Shown: positions 14,801-27,700 of the stretch, in pieces
Position numbering within the stretch: position 1 is the stretch's first letter
Layout: the number at the start of each line of letters is the position of its first letter
Translations under genes and position numbers: made by a program
Notes under the pieces: generated by a model
What the model was told of the DNA's origin: nothing
The model's input: the letters and a program-made list of their open reading frames with translations, nothing else
Database searches by the model: none
Assembly (NCBI GenBank): GCA_051362555.1
Contig: CM120648.1
Span: 19,960,587 to 20,024,586 of the forward strand
Reading direction: 5' to 3'
From: Lingula anatina
Lineage: Eukaryota > Animalia > Brachiopoda
Length of the DNA stretch: 64,000 nucleotides

Positions 14801-15763
14801 ATTTAATTTTCTGTAAAATAAGTCTTCTTTATATGACTGAGGATTATTTTTCTTTTTGCCAAGGGATTCCACCTTCTATGTGTTTTTTGTTGGCCATTAT
14901 ACCTTATGTGCCTTGAAGACTGGGCACTTGATACCAATTATACTTGATCTTATTAGACGCATTTTCGATGTAATTTATTTATTTTTATACAATATTTATA
15001 GACCAATATCCCAAAGTTATATGTTAAAATTTTGTAAAGAAATTCCTTTATCTTAGCCACATTTTTGTTTACTTTAAGATTGAGTAATTTTCTGCTAGAA
15101 TGGTGTTTGATATTCTTCTTCTCTTTATTCTACAGCCGCTCCACCTGCCTCTCCTGACAGAGCAGCAGGTAAGTAGTGCACATGTAGTAAAACAAGATTC
15201 CGTCTTTTGCTCATAATCTGCAAGAGTTGTTCTTAGCTTGTCGATTAAGTATGTGAGTTCCTGCATTCTTATTTTCATCAAACTGTATTAATAATGTTAT
15301 ATTAAAATTGACTATACCTTACAATTTTAATTGATTTTAATGAATGTTAAAACATTCAGTATTTATCACCCAGTTATGTTTTGAGCTTACTCACTTGTAT
15401 TCAACAGAGAGGATACATTTTTAAGAAAAAAATGTTTTTTTTTTTGGAAATTGCCGATAAACCTTCAGAAACAGATGAAAGCTTCTAATTTATTTGATAA
15501 CTGTTTCACAAAGTTAATTGACACTAAATACATTCAAATTTTGTCAATGATTACAATACTTTTTTATGCTAAAAAGTTTTATTTTAACCGCACTGTTTAT
15601 TGTACAGTTCTTTTCAAAGGTGAAAGTGGATCTCATACCTCTGGGGAAGAAAACATGAGTAGTATAAGAATGTTGACGATATGTCGATGTATGAACAGTC
15701 CCTGACAAATGAAATAAATTAGATTGAAAGCATGTCTATAAAGATTAAGGTCTAGTCTCTCAC

Positions 15764-15794
<31 letters not shown>

Positions 15795-18700
15795 TTGAAG
15801 AAGGCACATCAGCTGAAAACTCAATTGGGCGCTTGATACCAATTATACTTATTACATGCATTTTCAATCTAATTTATTTATTTTTATACAATATTTATAC
15901 AATATACTGCGGGATTAATACGATGATTTGGATAAATATGCACGCATTGCAATACATAACAATATGCATTATGCTAAAATCATTTAGTTTGGACATAGCT
16001 TATTGTATTCATCGCAGTGGCAGAAAGGAACCATCTAGATGATATTGACAAGGAGCTATTGGAAAAAATTGAGAAAATTGCCCGAGGGGAAGATGTGGAG
16101 CCAGAGAAACAGGTCACAATTTGGGATTTTGCAGGACAGGATGTCTACTACACCACGCACCAAACATTCCTCTCAGAGCGGATCATCTACTTGTTGGTAT
16201 TCCGACTTGACCAGGACCTCGATGATAAAATCCGTGTATACAGGGGAGAGAAGACGCTGAAAGGTATTGTTGAGCTTTATATCTTTACATGTATAAGCTA
16301 CTCAGGGCCCTGATGTAAATAATGGCCTATCAACTGTGTGTAATTTCTTTATTAAAAGATCCACATTTTTAAATCTCTCTATTGCTCTTAATATATATAT
16401 ATATATATAACATTGAGATTTTAGTAGCGTTAATTTTAAATGGTTCCGATGAGTGTTTTGGATTTTAATATTCTAGTGATTTTAAGGATTTTAGTTATAT
16501 TTACCATTGTAAGCCGCCCAATAAGAAACATTATTATTATTATTATTATTATTATATTATTGGCGCTATTTTTTAGCAATGCTGAGGAGAAAACACTGAT
16601 TAATATTCATCTTTGCATTAACATCAAGGCTTTGTATGTATTTTTCAGAGTTTATTATGTTTTGGTTAAACTCAATCCATATGCACACTATTGGAAAATT
16701 GAGGGAAGAAGACAAAAATGCCATGCCATACGTCTTGATTATTGGAACTCATAAGGACATGTTATGCCCACAGGTGAAAACGCTTTTCTTATCACAATTA
16801 TTCAATTACTACCATACTTATTGTACCACCAGCGTAGGCGCTGGCGGTACACATGGTTTTAGTCCCGACCCGTATGTTCCGCCGGTTCCGTCGGCTCCTG
16901 CGGCTCCGCCGCCAAGTCACCGTTACCGCTTCTCCTCCTAGACGGTAAGGGCCTCCATACCCATCTCTTCGATTTAGGTCACCTATAATCTCAACATGTC
17001 CACGTAAAATTTGGGCTTTGTCGGTATTGGGGTCTAGGTGTGGCACTTATTGCAATGCACCCTTGTCCAAAAATGGCAAAATTAAATGCATATTATCTCC
17101 CCTACGGAAGGAATTATGGGAAAAATTTCTACAGACAGCTTTCCAAAAGTCATATGTGTAGATTTCAAATATGCCCTTGGATTTGACCTTTAGAGTTTCG
17201 AGTTACGCTGTATCCAAAAGTAAATATTGGTAGTGAAAGCAAAATGTGCAGTACGGTAATGGATAATAAATTTTGAACTCCGGAAAAATAAAACATAAGG
17301 CTTGGCAAAGCAGACAACTTGTGGTCAAAATTGATATTCTTTCATCAAATTTGAACATCTGGAACTTCAGAGCACCTCCCATTTCAAGAATTTTGACCAA
17401 AATGATGTTTTCTTTATTTAAATTAATCTTTTCTGTAGGAAATTTATGGCACATTATGGTAACTCAAAAATTTTAACATTTAGTCCCTTCCCAGATAGCA
17501 ATGAGCGGTCGGGCCGACGTCGGCATTGGTCGGCACGGTCGCTGTCGGCAGTCGTTGTCGGGCCGACGTCGGGCCACTACTAGTGACCCGACGTCGGGCC
17601 GACGACTGCTTCACACCGTCGGCCCGACGTCGGTATAACGGTGGCTCATCAGCTGTGCGTCGGGCCACTACTGGTGACCCGACGTCGGGCCGACGACTGC
17701 TTCACGCCGTCGGCCCGACGTCGGTATAACGGTGGCTCACCAGCTGTGCTCGATTTGCACTAAGCGGCCAATTTCAAATCGAGGTCACCCACACTAAGCG
17801 GCCATAGATCGTTGCAAGTGCACTTGACGGTTATTTCATATTTTCCGTATTTTGCACCAAATTGTTAGGTAAGTATTTACTTTAAAGTGTTTATGTTTTT
17901 CGTACTATAGGTGGAGATTTATTTGTTGTAGATGAATTAACGAAAACAAGCAAATCTGTCAATAATTTGTTAGTCGTAGCTGCAGGCAGTTGGCGCGCTG
18001 CATGCCACCTTTGAACCAACGTCGGGGCGACGTTGGGTTTCCGGCGGCCAAAAAGATTTTCCCGCTCAAATTCTTTTATGCTTTGAAAGACATTTCAATT
18101 ACCACATTTCATGTATAGACAATTTATAAATGTGAATGAGCAACGTTCTAGTACTTTTTTTTTGTACTTAGGAGTATATATTGTTTATATTTTCTCTAGT
18201 TGAATTTGAAATGCTTATATAATAGGGGTATATAGCAAGGCTGCATGATACTAACATGTAAACTTATAATGTCAGCATGGGTTTAACAATGGATAAACCT
18301 TATGGCATACATTCCAAACTGAGTTTAGCATTAAGGGGTATAATGTCCACTCAGATTTTCACAGGTTTTCTGTTCAAAAATGGACCTCAGTAGGCTAACC
18401 TAAAATATCCAGAGGTGGTTCTTTTAGGAAGGGGGGGGGGGGCAAGTTTAAATTGAATTTTTTTCAAGATGTTTAGTCAAATACCCACAGGGTATGATAT
18501 AATAATGTTTCTTTTTTGGTTTAGGCTCATAATTAGACAAGGCATTTTGTGCACATTACAAAGCCACACTTAATATGTATCTCATATTTCTCTTATAGTC
18601 TTCCATCATGCATTACTACCTATTTGTCGCCTGTGTTGAGCAGTCAATCCTCACAAGAAAATACACTTGAAAGGTATGTGTGTATATAGTTAAAGTGCTT

Positions 18701-21700
18701 CAGTGTGTCATTGCCATGGTAAGATGCAGTAGTTTAACTTATATCATCACTATCAATGGATTAAGTAGTAAACAACTAAGAAATTAATTTAGCCTACTTC
18801 TTGCCTGCGACTCTCTTCTGGAATTTAGTACATTATTCTTCTTAAAATACATGTAAGTGACAGGGATGGGGGTAGGAGGAGGAGGCTGGAGAAGAAGAAG
18901 GGTAATATATTTAGCAGAGTAACCACTTCCCTGGAAAATAATTACATTATTTCGTCTACATTTCAAAGTATACATTAACAACTTCATTTTTAAACGCAAC
19001 ATTACGAATAAGCGCGGGTGGATTGGATGCGAACTAGGAAATAAGTCATTAGAAGACAACTGAAACCAACGGTTCAATAATACGATAGAGAAACATGGAT
19101 TGTTGATTCGTTGCGGCCAAAATGGAGCGTACAAAACTAACCTGTCTGTCCCTGACCTCATAAAGTTTAGAACATTTCACATCGCAAATAGAAAAAATAA
19201 TAGTTAGAGAAACGTGGATCAGTATCATGCTAGATTCCTTAAGCTTGGTTTCAGTTGTCTTCTTAGCCGTTTTTTATTTTGCATATCAGTGAAATAACAT
19301 ATGATATTAACGGTGAATTTTGTATGTTTTATTAGATTAAGTGTGAGTTTTTAAATTTTTTTCTATTCTCTTCACAGAGAGAGAAGCAGCCCAGGCGCCG
19401 CAGCAGAGTTCCTCAGATGAATCTTAGTCATCATCATCATTCCTCTTCGTCCCGTGTGGGAATTAAGGCCACAGTCACTTCTTTCCAGCGTAGTGTCGTA
19501 GTCAAAGATATGCTGCAAATCTTGCGACTCACAGAGCGTCATCTATTTGATATGATGTTAACAATGCCATCAAATGTACGTCGGGGAAACGAGGCAGAAA
19601 TTAAAAGACAGAATTAGACACCACCGCTGCCCTTTAAACAACAAAAACCTCTTCGTGCCTGTGGGACAACACAACACTCAGCTAAAGACATCACGTCACC
19701 GTCTTAAAAGGAAACGACACTAGGCAAAGACGGATCGTCGTACAGAAATGTATTAGAACACTAAACACCCTGAATAATGGACTCAGTAGGGACAATAGTT
19801 TCTTAAATGAATATTGATTTTTTATATGTTACGTTTAGCGTTTAGGACGCTTTTGCAGCATCGCGTGCCTTTAACACATCATCGACGCCACATACCCCAG
19901 GAGTTTTTCTTCACCATTTTTTAAATGTCTCTGAAGAAGGCCTAGGGACCGAAAGCTTGGATTATATATGACATCTGTAAAGTAGATCTTTAGAGATGCA
20001 TCAGTAATAATATTTATTTTCAATAACTAATTGAATTATCGTTATTAACTCACTCAGATTTATAAAGATGTTTCTTCACAAAACATGATTCACGTTGTTA
20101 TTATTATTATCTTTTAGGCCAACGGGACTTTTTCACTTCAGTGAGAGGGTTATTACGAAGAAACGCCGCTGCTACCCTATTGCCAACGTTCGCCAATTGA
20201 GTCATAGCTGGCTGACCATGGAGAGTCCATAATAACATTGGCTAATTAAAGAACGGCATTATTTGCATAACGGTGGTAAAACGATGGTTAACTACGTTGG
20301 CGCGAAGTTGGCAAGAAGGTGGCACCGTTGGCATAACAGCGGCTAACCGCCGATAGTAATAGCTCATAACGACATTGGCCCAACGTTGGCGCGACGTCGG
20401 CAAAAGGTCGGCATTATAGTGGCTGACTGCCGGTTATCGATAATAACGTTGGCGCGACGTCGGCAAAAGGTCGGCATAACAGCGGCTAACCGCCGATAGT
20501 AATATAGCTCATAACGACGTTGGCCCGACGTTGGCGCGAAGTTGACAAATTGTCGGCATGACAGCGGCTGACCGCCGTTTATCCATAATGACGTCGGCCC
20601 AGCGTCGGTGCGACGTTGGCAAAAAGGTGGCAGACCACCGGTGGGCCAACGGCGGGCCGCCGGACACGCCGACTTAGAACCGACGTCGTCTGCCAACGTT
20701 GGCCCGACGGAGGCAAAGTCGTCGGGCCGACGTTGGCGCGACCACTCTTTGCTATCTGGGTTATATCTCCAAAACTGGCAGAGATAGGTCCATAGTTTCT
20801 ATTGAAGTTGAATAGGAAGTCATATACTGGCAATCTACATGTGACCTTAAAATTGACCTTTGACCTACTTTTCACCATGAACTGAACTTTGCAAATTTTG
20901 ATTCCCTTTTATCTCCAAAACTGGCAGAGATAGGTCCATAGTTTCTATTGAACTTGAATAGGAAGTCATATACTGGCAATCTAAGAGTGACCTTAAAATT
21001 GACCTTTGAACTACTTTTCACCATGAACTGAACTTTGCAAATTTTGCTTCCCTTTTATCTCCAAAGTTACGCTGTATCAAAAAGTACATATTGGTGGTGA
21101 AAGCAAAATGTGCAGTACAGTAATGGATAATAAATTTTGAACTCCGGAAAAATAAAACATAAGGTTTGGCAAAGCAGACAACTTGTGGTCAAAAATGACA
21201 TTATTTCATCAAATTTGAACCTCTGGAACTTCAGAGCACCTCCCATTTCAAGAATTTTGACCAAAATGACCTTTTCTTTATTTTAATTAATTTTTTCTGT
21301 AGGAAATTTATGGCACATTATGGTTACTCCAAAATTATACCATTTAGTCCCTTATATCTCCAAAACTGGCAGAGATAGGTCCATAGTCTCTATTGAACTT
21401 GAATAGGAAGTCATATACTGGCAATCTAAATGTGACCTTAAAATTGACCTTTGACCTACTTTTCACCATGAACTGAATTTTGCATATTTTGCTTCCCCTT
21501 TATCTCCAAAACTGGCAGAGATAGGTCCATAGTTACTATTGAAGTTGAATAGGAAGTCATATACTGGCAATCTACATGTGACCTTAAAATTGACCTTTGA
21601 CCTACTTTTCATCATGAACTGAACTTTGCAAATTTTGCTTCCCTTTTATCTCCAAAACTGGCAGAGATAGGTCCATAGTTACTATTGAAGTTGAATAGGA

Positions 21701-24700
21701 AGTCATATACTGGCAATCTAAATGTGACCTTAAAATTGACCTTAAAATTGACCTTTAACCTACTTTTCACCATGAACTGAACTTTGCAAATTTTGCTTTC
21801 CTTTTATCTCCAAAACTGGCAGAGATAGGTCCCTAGTTTCTATTGAACTTGAATAGGAAGTCATATACTGGCAATCTACATGTGACCTTAAAATTGACCT
21901 TTGACCTACTTTTCATCATGAACTGAACTTTGCAAATTTTGCTTCCCTTTTATCTCCAAAACTGGCAGAGATAGGTCCATAGTCTCTATTGAAGTTGAAT
22001 AGGAAGGCATATACTGGCAATCTAAGAGTGACCTTAAAATTGACCTTTGACATACTTTTCACCATGAACTGAATTTTGCATATTTTGCTTCCCCTTTATC
22101 TCCAAAACTGGCAGAGATAGGTCCATAGTTACTATTGAACGTGAAAGGAAGTCATATACTGGCAATCTAAGTGTGACCTTTAAATTGACCTTTGACCTAC
22201 TTATTATCAAGAACTGAACTCTGCTAATTTCTTTCTCTTTTAACTCCAAATCTGGCAGAGATAGGCGAATAGTTACTATTGAAGGAAGTCATATACTGGC
22301 AATTTACTGTGACCTTGGAATTGACCTTTGACCTACCTTACGATGAACTTAACTTTGATTGTACCATTTTTAGTTATATATATATTTTTTGCATATTTTG
22401 AAAATTCTTGTTGATTGCATTTTTACAGCTTGTTAAGCACAAGACTGGTGGCTGTGTTCCTTATTTTGTGTATGTGGGGGTCTATACGAATGCGCTTGCT
22501 CCAGCTGGTGGTACAATATTCAGAGGCGATATCGCCTCTCTGATCCTCTAGTTCTATGTATAATTTGTATCCCTTCAACCATATCACGATTCCTGACGAG
22601 TGACTTAATTATTTAGAAACTTTTCACTATGTGACTATTTGTGGATGGCATGATTTAATGTTGGGGGAAAAGGGTGTCCCTTGCCCACTGTACTCCATCC
22701 TAATTTTATAGGTTCATTGCAGCACACCCATTTTTCAACTTGAACGAAGTGGACTATATCATATACACATATATACATGTACATACACACACCCTGGTAG
22801 ATGTTTTCTTTCGCTCTGACACTTAAGCATTATTATATAGTAGTGAAAAACTACAAAAGAATCTTAACATCTTTTCATTCATAGGGCGAGGTTGAAAAGA
22901 TTTTTGATAAACTCAAGAAGTGTCTCGATGACAAGCAGGTACTCAAGGACCACGTCTATCGATATTTTGCCATAAGCAACTTGGCCGAAGACGATGAGGA
23001 GTTTGCTGAAATAAAAAGAGCGATCGAAGATTTGTGCGGTTATAGCAGCGACAGTGAGGCTACCGTTCAACATCTTCCAGTGAGTTGGATTAAATTGGAA
23101 ATGAATTTGGCAAAGAAGAGTGAAGAAACACCCATCATAAGTATTGAAAAATTGATGGAAATGGCGCAAAGGGTAGGACTCCCTGATGGAGAATTACAAG
23201 AAAAATTCATTCCTTACCATCACCGTCAAGGCGACATCCTACACTTTAAAATTGATGGACTGGAAAGTGTCGTCATAATAGATCCACTTTGGTTAGCAGT
23301 TGTGTTTTCTGCCATCATGACCCCGGCCAGCATTCACTCTGGATGCAGTCGCGGCCATGTCCTGAAAGATGAGCTTGAAAGAGGAGTCCTAAAAGAGGAG
23401 GTATTTGATGAGTATCTAAAAGAATTCAAGATGGCCGAAAAAAAGACTGAAATCATTCGACTTATGCTGCATTTCGACTTGATGTTAGAAATATCCCAAT
23501 CAGTTGAAAACCCTCTGCCTGGACATGGAAAAAGAAGATTCCTCGTACCCAGTATGCTGGTATCAAATAACAGTGCGAATGAGACAAATCCGCAGAAATA
23601 TTTGCTTATCGCATTCCCTCATATTCTGTTTCCTACTGGGTTATTTCATCGTCTGACCATCCGTCTTCTAAGGAAGTATAAAGCTCAGCAATATAAAAAT
23701 AACATCCCAGTTGTCGGGTTTGACAGCGCCTCCTTCCGCCTGGCTGATAAACAGTCGGTGCTGCATCTCGCCATTGAAAATAAGGCCATGAAGTTGTTTA
23801 TAACTAATGCCACTGGACTCCCTCCAAAGACTCACGTGTATTCAGAAGCAAGAAAAACAGTTGAAAACGAGTTGACAGTCCTTCGGGATACATACTGCCC
23901 CAGGATGCATTTTGGCTACAGCATCAGGTTAACAAATGACGGACCCAATATTCCAATAAATGCACATGATGTCCAAACAGCCGATTCCATATGTGCGTAT
24001 GTAGAGAACTCTGAAGTGTCGGTAGATTTAAGGCCATATCGCGTTTGGTTTTCTGGTAAGCAGTTTGAAATATCACGTAGTGTTGTTGTGAATAGACATT
24101 AGGCCCTATGCTATTTTAACATAGAACATGCATTCCGTGTTAATTGGTTCACAGATCTTAACATTTTAAAAGATCCCTGATTACACAGCATGTAATATCT
24201 GAAACCAGATACCATTAGAAAATTTAGGTTTGATTAGTTTTAATTTTCAAAATAATTTATCGGGAAAAATATATTAAGGATATTTCTGTTTTGTACATAT
24301 ATTTTTGAAAATATTGATTTTTTACACAAACACTAATGACATACAATGTTAGTTATTTCTTATGAATACTCAATTGTATATGCAATAGACTAAAAAATGC
24401 TCAATTAGAAATTAATGGGAAAATTTATATTAATCTACCCTTCTTAACCCTCAAGTGACCGAGTGGGGTCATTTACGACCCCAGCCATATGATTTAAAGT
24501 GCCATCTCTTTATTTTTTATTCAAATTTTCTTTCCTTGCATGAGTTTGTCAGTCTACTAATCCTACACACTTTCCCAGTTTTTTGTAGGGATCAACCAAT
24601 TAGTGTGGCGTATACATCAAAAACTCTTGTGGGGTCATTTATGACCCCAAAGAGAACCATTGGTTTTTACATATTAGTTTTTAAATTTTATTCAAATGTT

Positions 24701-27700
24701 TTGCCCAAGCAACACTGACAGGAAAATGTCACATGCATGTGTTTCATGCAACCAGCCAGTGTGCCCAAAACATAGGCACAAATAAGTGGTTTGTGAAGAT
24801 TGTGCTTGAAGTGTTACTAATAGTGCATCGCTGAATCTAATTTCAGTAGCTTTGTTGGAACTTGTTCTCATAACTGGATCTCTCATTTTGACGGTTACAA
24901 TTTTCGGGTATTTCTGAAATCTAAATAATTCTGTCGATATCATATTATACATATATTAACAAATTGTTTGTGTGGATTTTTTTTTATACACAGCTGTGGT
25001 AGTAACATACATGTAGGTTGATTGAATGTGTTCTGAGTAGTATGACTTCCTTACCAGCATTAGGGTATTCCCTACTCAGCAAGTCAGCTAATTATTCTTA
25101 TTGAAGTTAGCAGGATGCTATCTCAACATAAATCAAAATATTTTTTCTCAAAGTAATTTTGTAATGTACTTTTTTCATTTAGTGTGGCAAATAAAAAGAG
25201 AAATATTTCTGCAAGTGGAAACTGACAATGACTGTCTAAATACCGGTGTAATGTTGTTCTTAAAATCTGTGCTTGGTTATTTCATGCAATAAAAGTATTA
25301 TTACCAAATACTTATTACATTAGATCATTATAAAATACTTGTCTTAAATCCTGGGAGTAGTATGGGTGTGATAAAGCCTCAACAGCCTTTTATAATAAGG
25401 ATCCCTGTACAGAGCACAATGGGGTCATAGATGACCCCACTTGGTCATTTCAGTCAGTAAAATAGCTTGGTCTCTTGAGGGTTAAATGAACTATGTACTT
25501 GTTTGTAACATTTTTATTAGAAACAAAAGGCAAGATATCGTATTCAGATTTTACTCAAACATGTTATGAATTAGCAACCTGTGATAACAAGTCATTAGAA
25601 ACATGTCAGTGAAAAATAAAACCAAAATTAACAATCATTTCGGAATGACACTTGGATTTTGAAAGGAAAAGTATGGCGTATGATAGGACATAAAATATTT
25701 TGATGGGGCCCTAGAGGCCAAGTGCCAATATATAATATATATTAGGCCAATCTTACCATTTTAGCAGCCCCAGACAATCAAGACCGTCATGCAGCCAAGT
25801 GTCCTGAAAACGAGGCAAGTTATGAGCTTTTAAATACGTTTGTGTCTAAGTACTGCGCAGCAAACACAGAACGTTATTATAACGTTACCATATCATATGT
25901 CCAAAAACATTTTGGTAACATTATAGTAACGTTCTGTGTTTGCTGACCATTATCCTCACTTGCACAAGTTTTAGTAAGACCATGAAATTAAATGTACTCG
26001 TATATACACAATCATAAGAAAAATTGGATACACTTAGGCATAAATGCACACTTTTCACTCTGTTACACTTGCTATACGACCTCCGATATTTTATATATGA
26101 TAAATATATGATAAATTTATATGATAAATTTCACATAAAGACAGTGTATGTGTGCGTTTCAGTACAAGAACGATTCCGAACCGAGAGGTCGTGCACTCAT
26201 TATCAACAACAAGACATTTTCCGTGGACTGGCTTCCAGAACGTGATGGTACCGAGGTAGATGTTGTTGCCTTGAGGAAACTATTCCGTTACCTCCATTAT
26301 GAGACAGACGTTATCAGTAACCTGACTGCAAATGTGAGTACATTAATAAGATCATGGTGTGTTTGTAATAAAACGAACATCGTAAAAGCCAAATGGCTTT
26401 TAGGTTTCAAAGACTAACATACATTTTGGTGATATCTAAATATATTTATCAGTGACACAAAGATGATACAATTGATACTTGAACCTTTTGGTTCAAAACA
26501 GGTGTTGTCAAACAAACTTTTCGGTCACATTTTATTATGTTTATCTATTTCACTGCAATATATTTTTCTACTAAAATGAAGCTTTTCACTCGTTTCTGTT
26601 CATTGCATGTATTTGTATTTATATGAGAGATGTATGGTACACTGTATAGTTATACAACATTGGTCAAAAAGGTTGCCCCACCCCTATTTACATGTACTTT
26701 TATTTACAAATGATCACCTTACAGCTGTAAATTGTTAGAAATAGTGCTTTTTATTACGGATACCATGTCTAACGTGATTAATGGTTTTAAAAATACAAAA
26801 TAGTGGTGAAAATATACATATTTTATACCATTTAGTAAAATTTATAAGAGGTACCCCCTCAAATCGACTGTTTCACTGTGACTTCTACAGATGTAAATGT
26901 CTATAAAATTGAAAAGACGCCATCAAATGTCACCAAATTCACACACAATTAGCATTAGGGTATGCTCGTTAAAGGTCACATGCCTAACAGCGTGTGTCTA
27001 CCGGGTACTGCAATTATCTCCTGTAGATGGCGCGACAAGCCTTCAACACGGGTTACAATTCTGTTTTGTGGGATATTGTCCCATTCTTCTTAAACAAGTT
27101 GGGGGAGTTGGTCCACGTTTTTATGGGGTTGGTTTTCCTTTGCATTGCACACTCCAATTCATGTCACAGTTGATTAGTAAGTTTAATATCAGGGCTCAAA
27201 GATGGTGGTTCCATCCTTAGACCATTGTGTTTCTTTAACAAACACTTGCCAGGCTAGAGGTGTGAGCAAGTGTGCAGTCATGATAAAGCCTGAAGTAAAC
27301 CCCAAAGTCAGTTCTTGAAGATGGAATGAGATATCAGCTGAGAATGCTATGTTCAGTGATCCCACAGGCACCTGAACATGGCCATCCATCACTGGAAGGA
27401 AGTCGATTTTGATGCAGAATCAAATTATTTCTTGTATCCCATCGATGGTCAAACAGAGTCCATAGACATGTTTAAAAATGCCTCTCGGAAGGGTGTGTGT
27501 AGGGTAATATCGCCTGAGGTGTTAGATCAATCCGCATATGGAGAACATTCCAAGCCCATGGGAATAATACATTGTTCCTTTTGGAACAAAACGTAACAGG
27601 GGTATTTTAATGTAACATTCTCAACAGAAATCTCACTCCATTTGCAAGAGATGACTTCAGGGATGCTACTGGCTTTGTTATGACAACGCACTTGCTCACA

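Larger units (their letters stand above)
16820..22551 (+). mobile_element. Complete Helentron-like element with internal ~141-bp satellite and nested insertions
   Basis: 5' sub-TIR ATTGTACCACCAGC (16820-16833) with an adjacent inverted copy, 3' sub-TIR GCTGGTGGTACAAT (22504-22517), palindrome AGAGGCGATATCGCCTCT (22522-22539) and CTAG end. Tandem array at 20761-22350. Confidence 0.8.

Noticed and set aside
17480-20878. Short GC-rich ORFs at 17480-17729 and 20364-20878
   Set aside because: They arise from palindromic subterminal repeats of the CACTA-like element and have no protein motifs.
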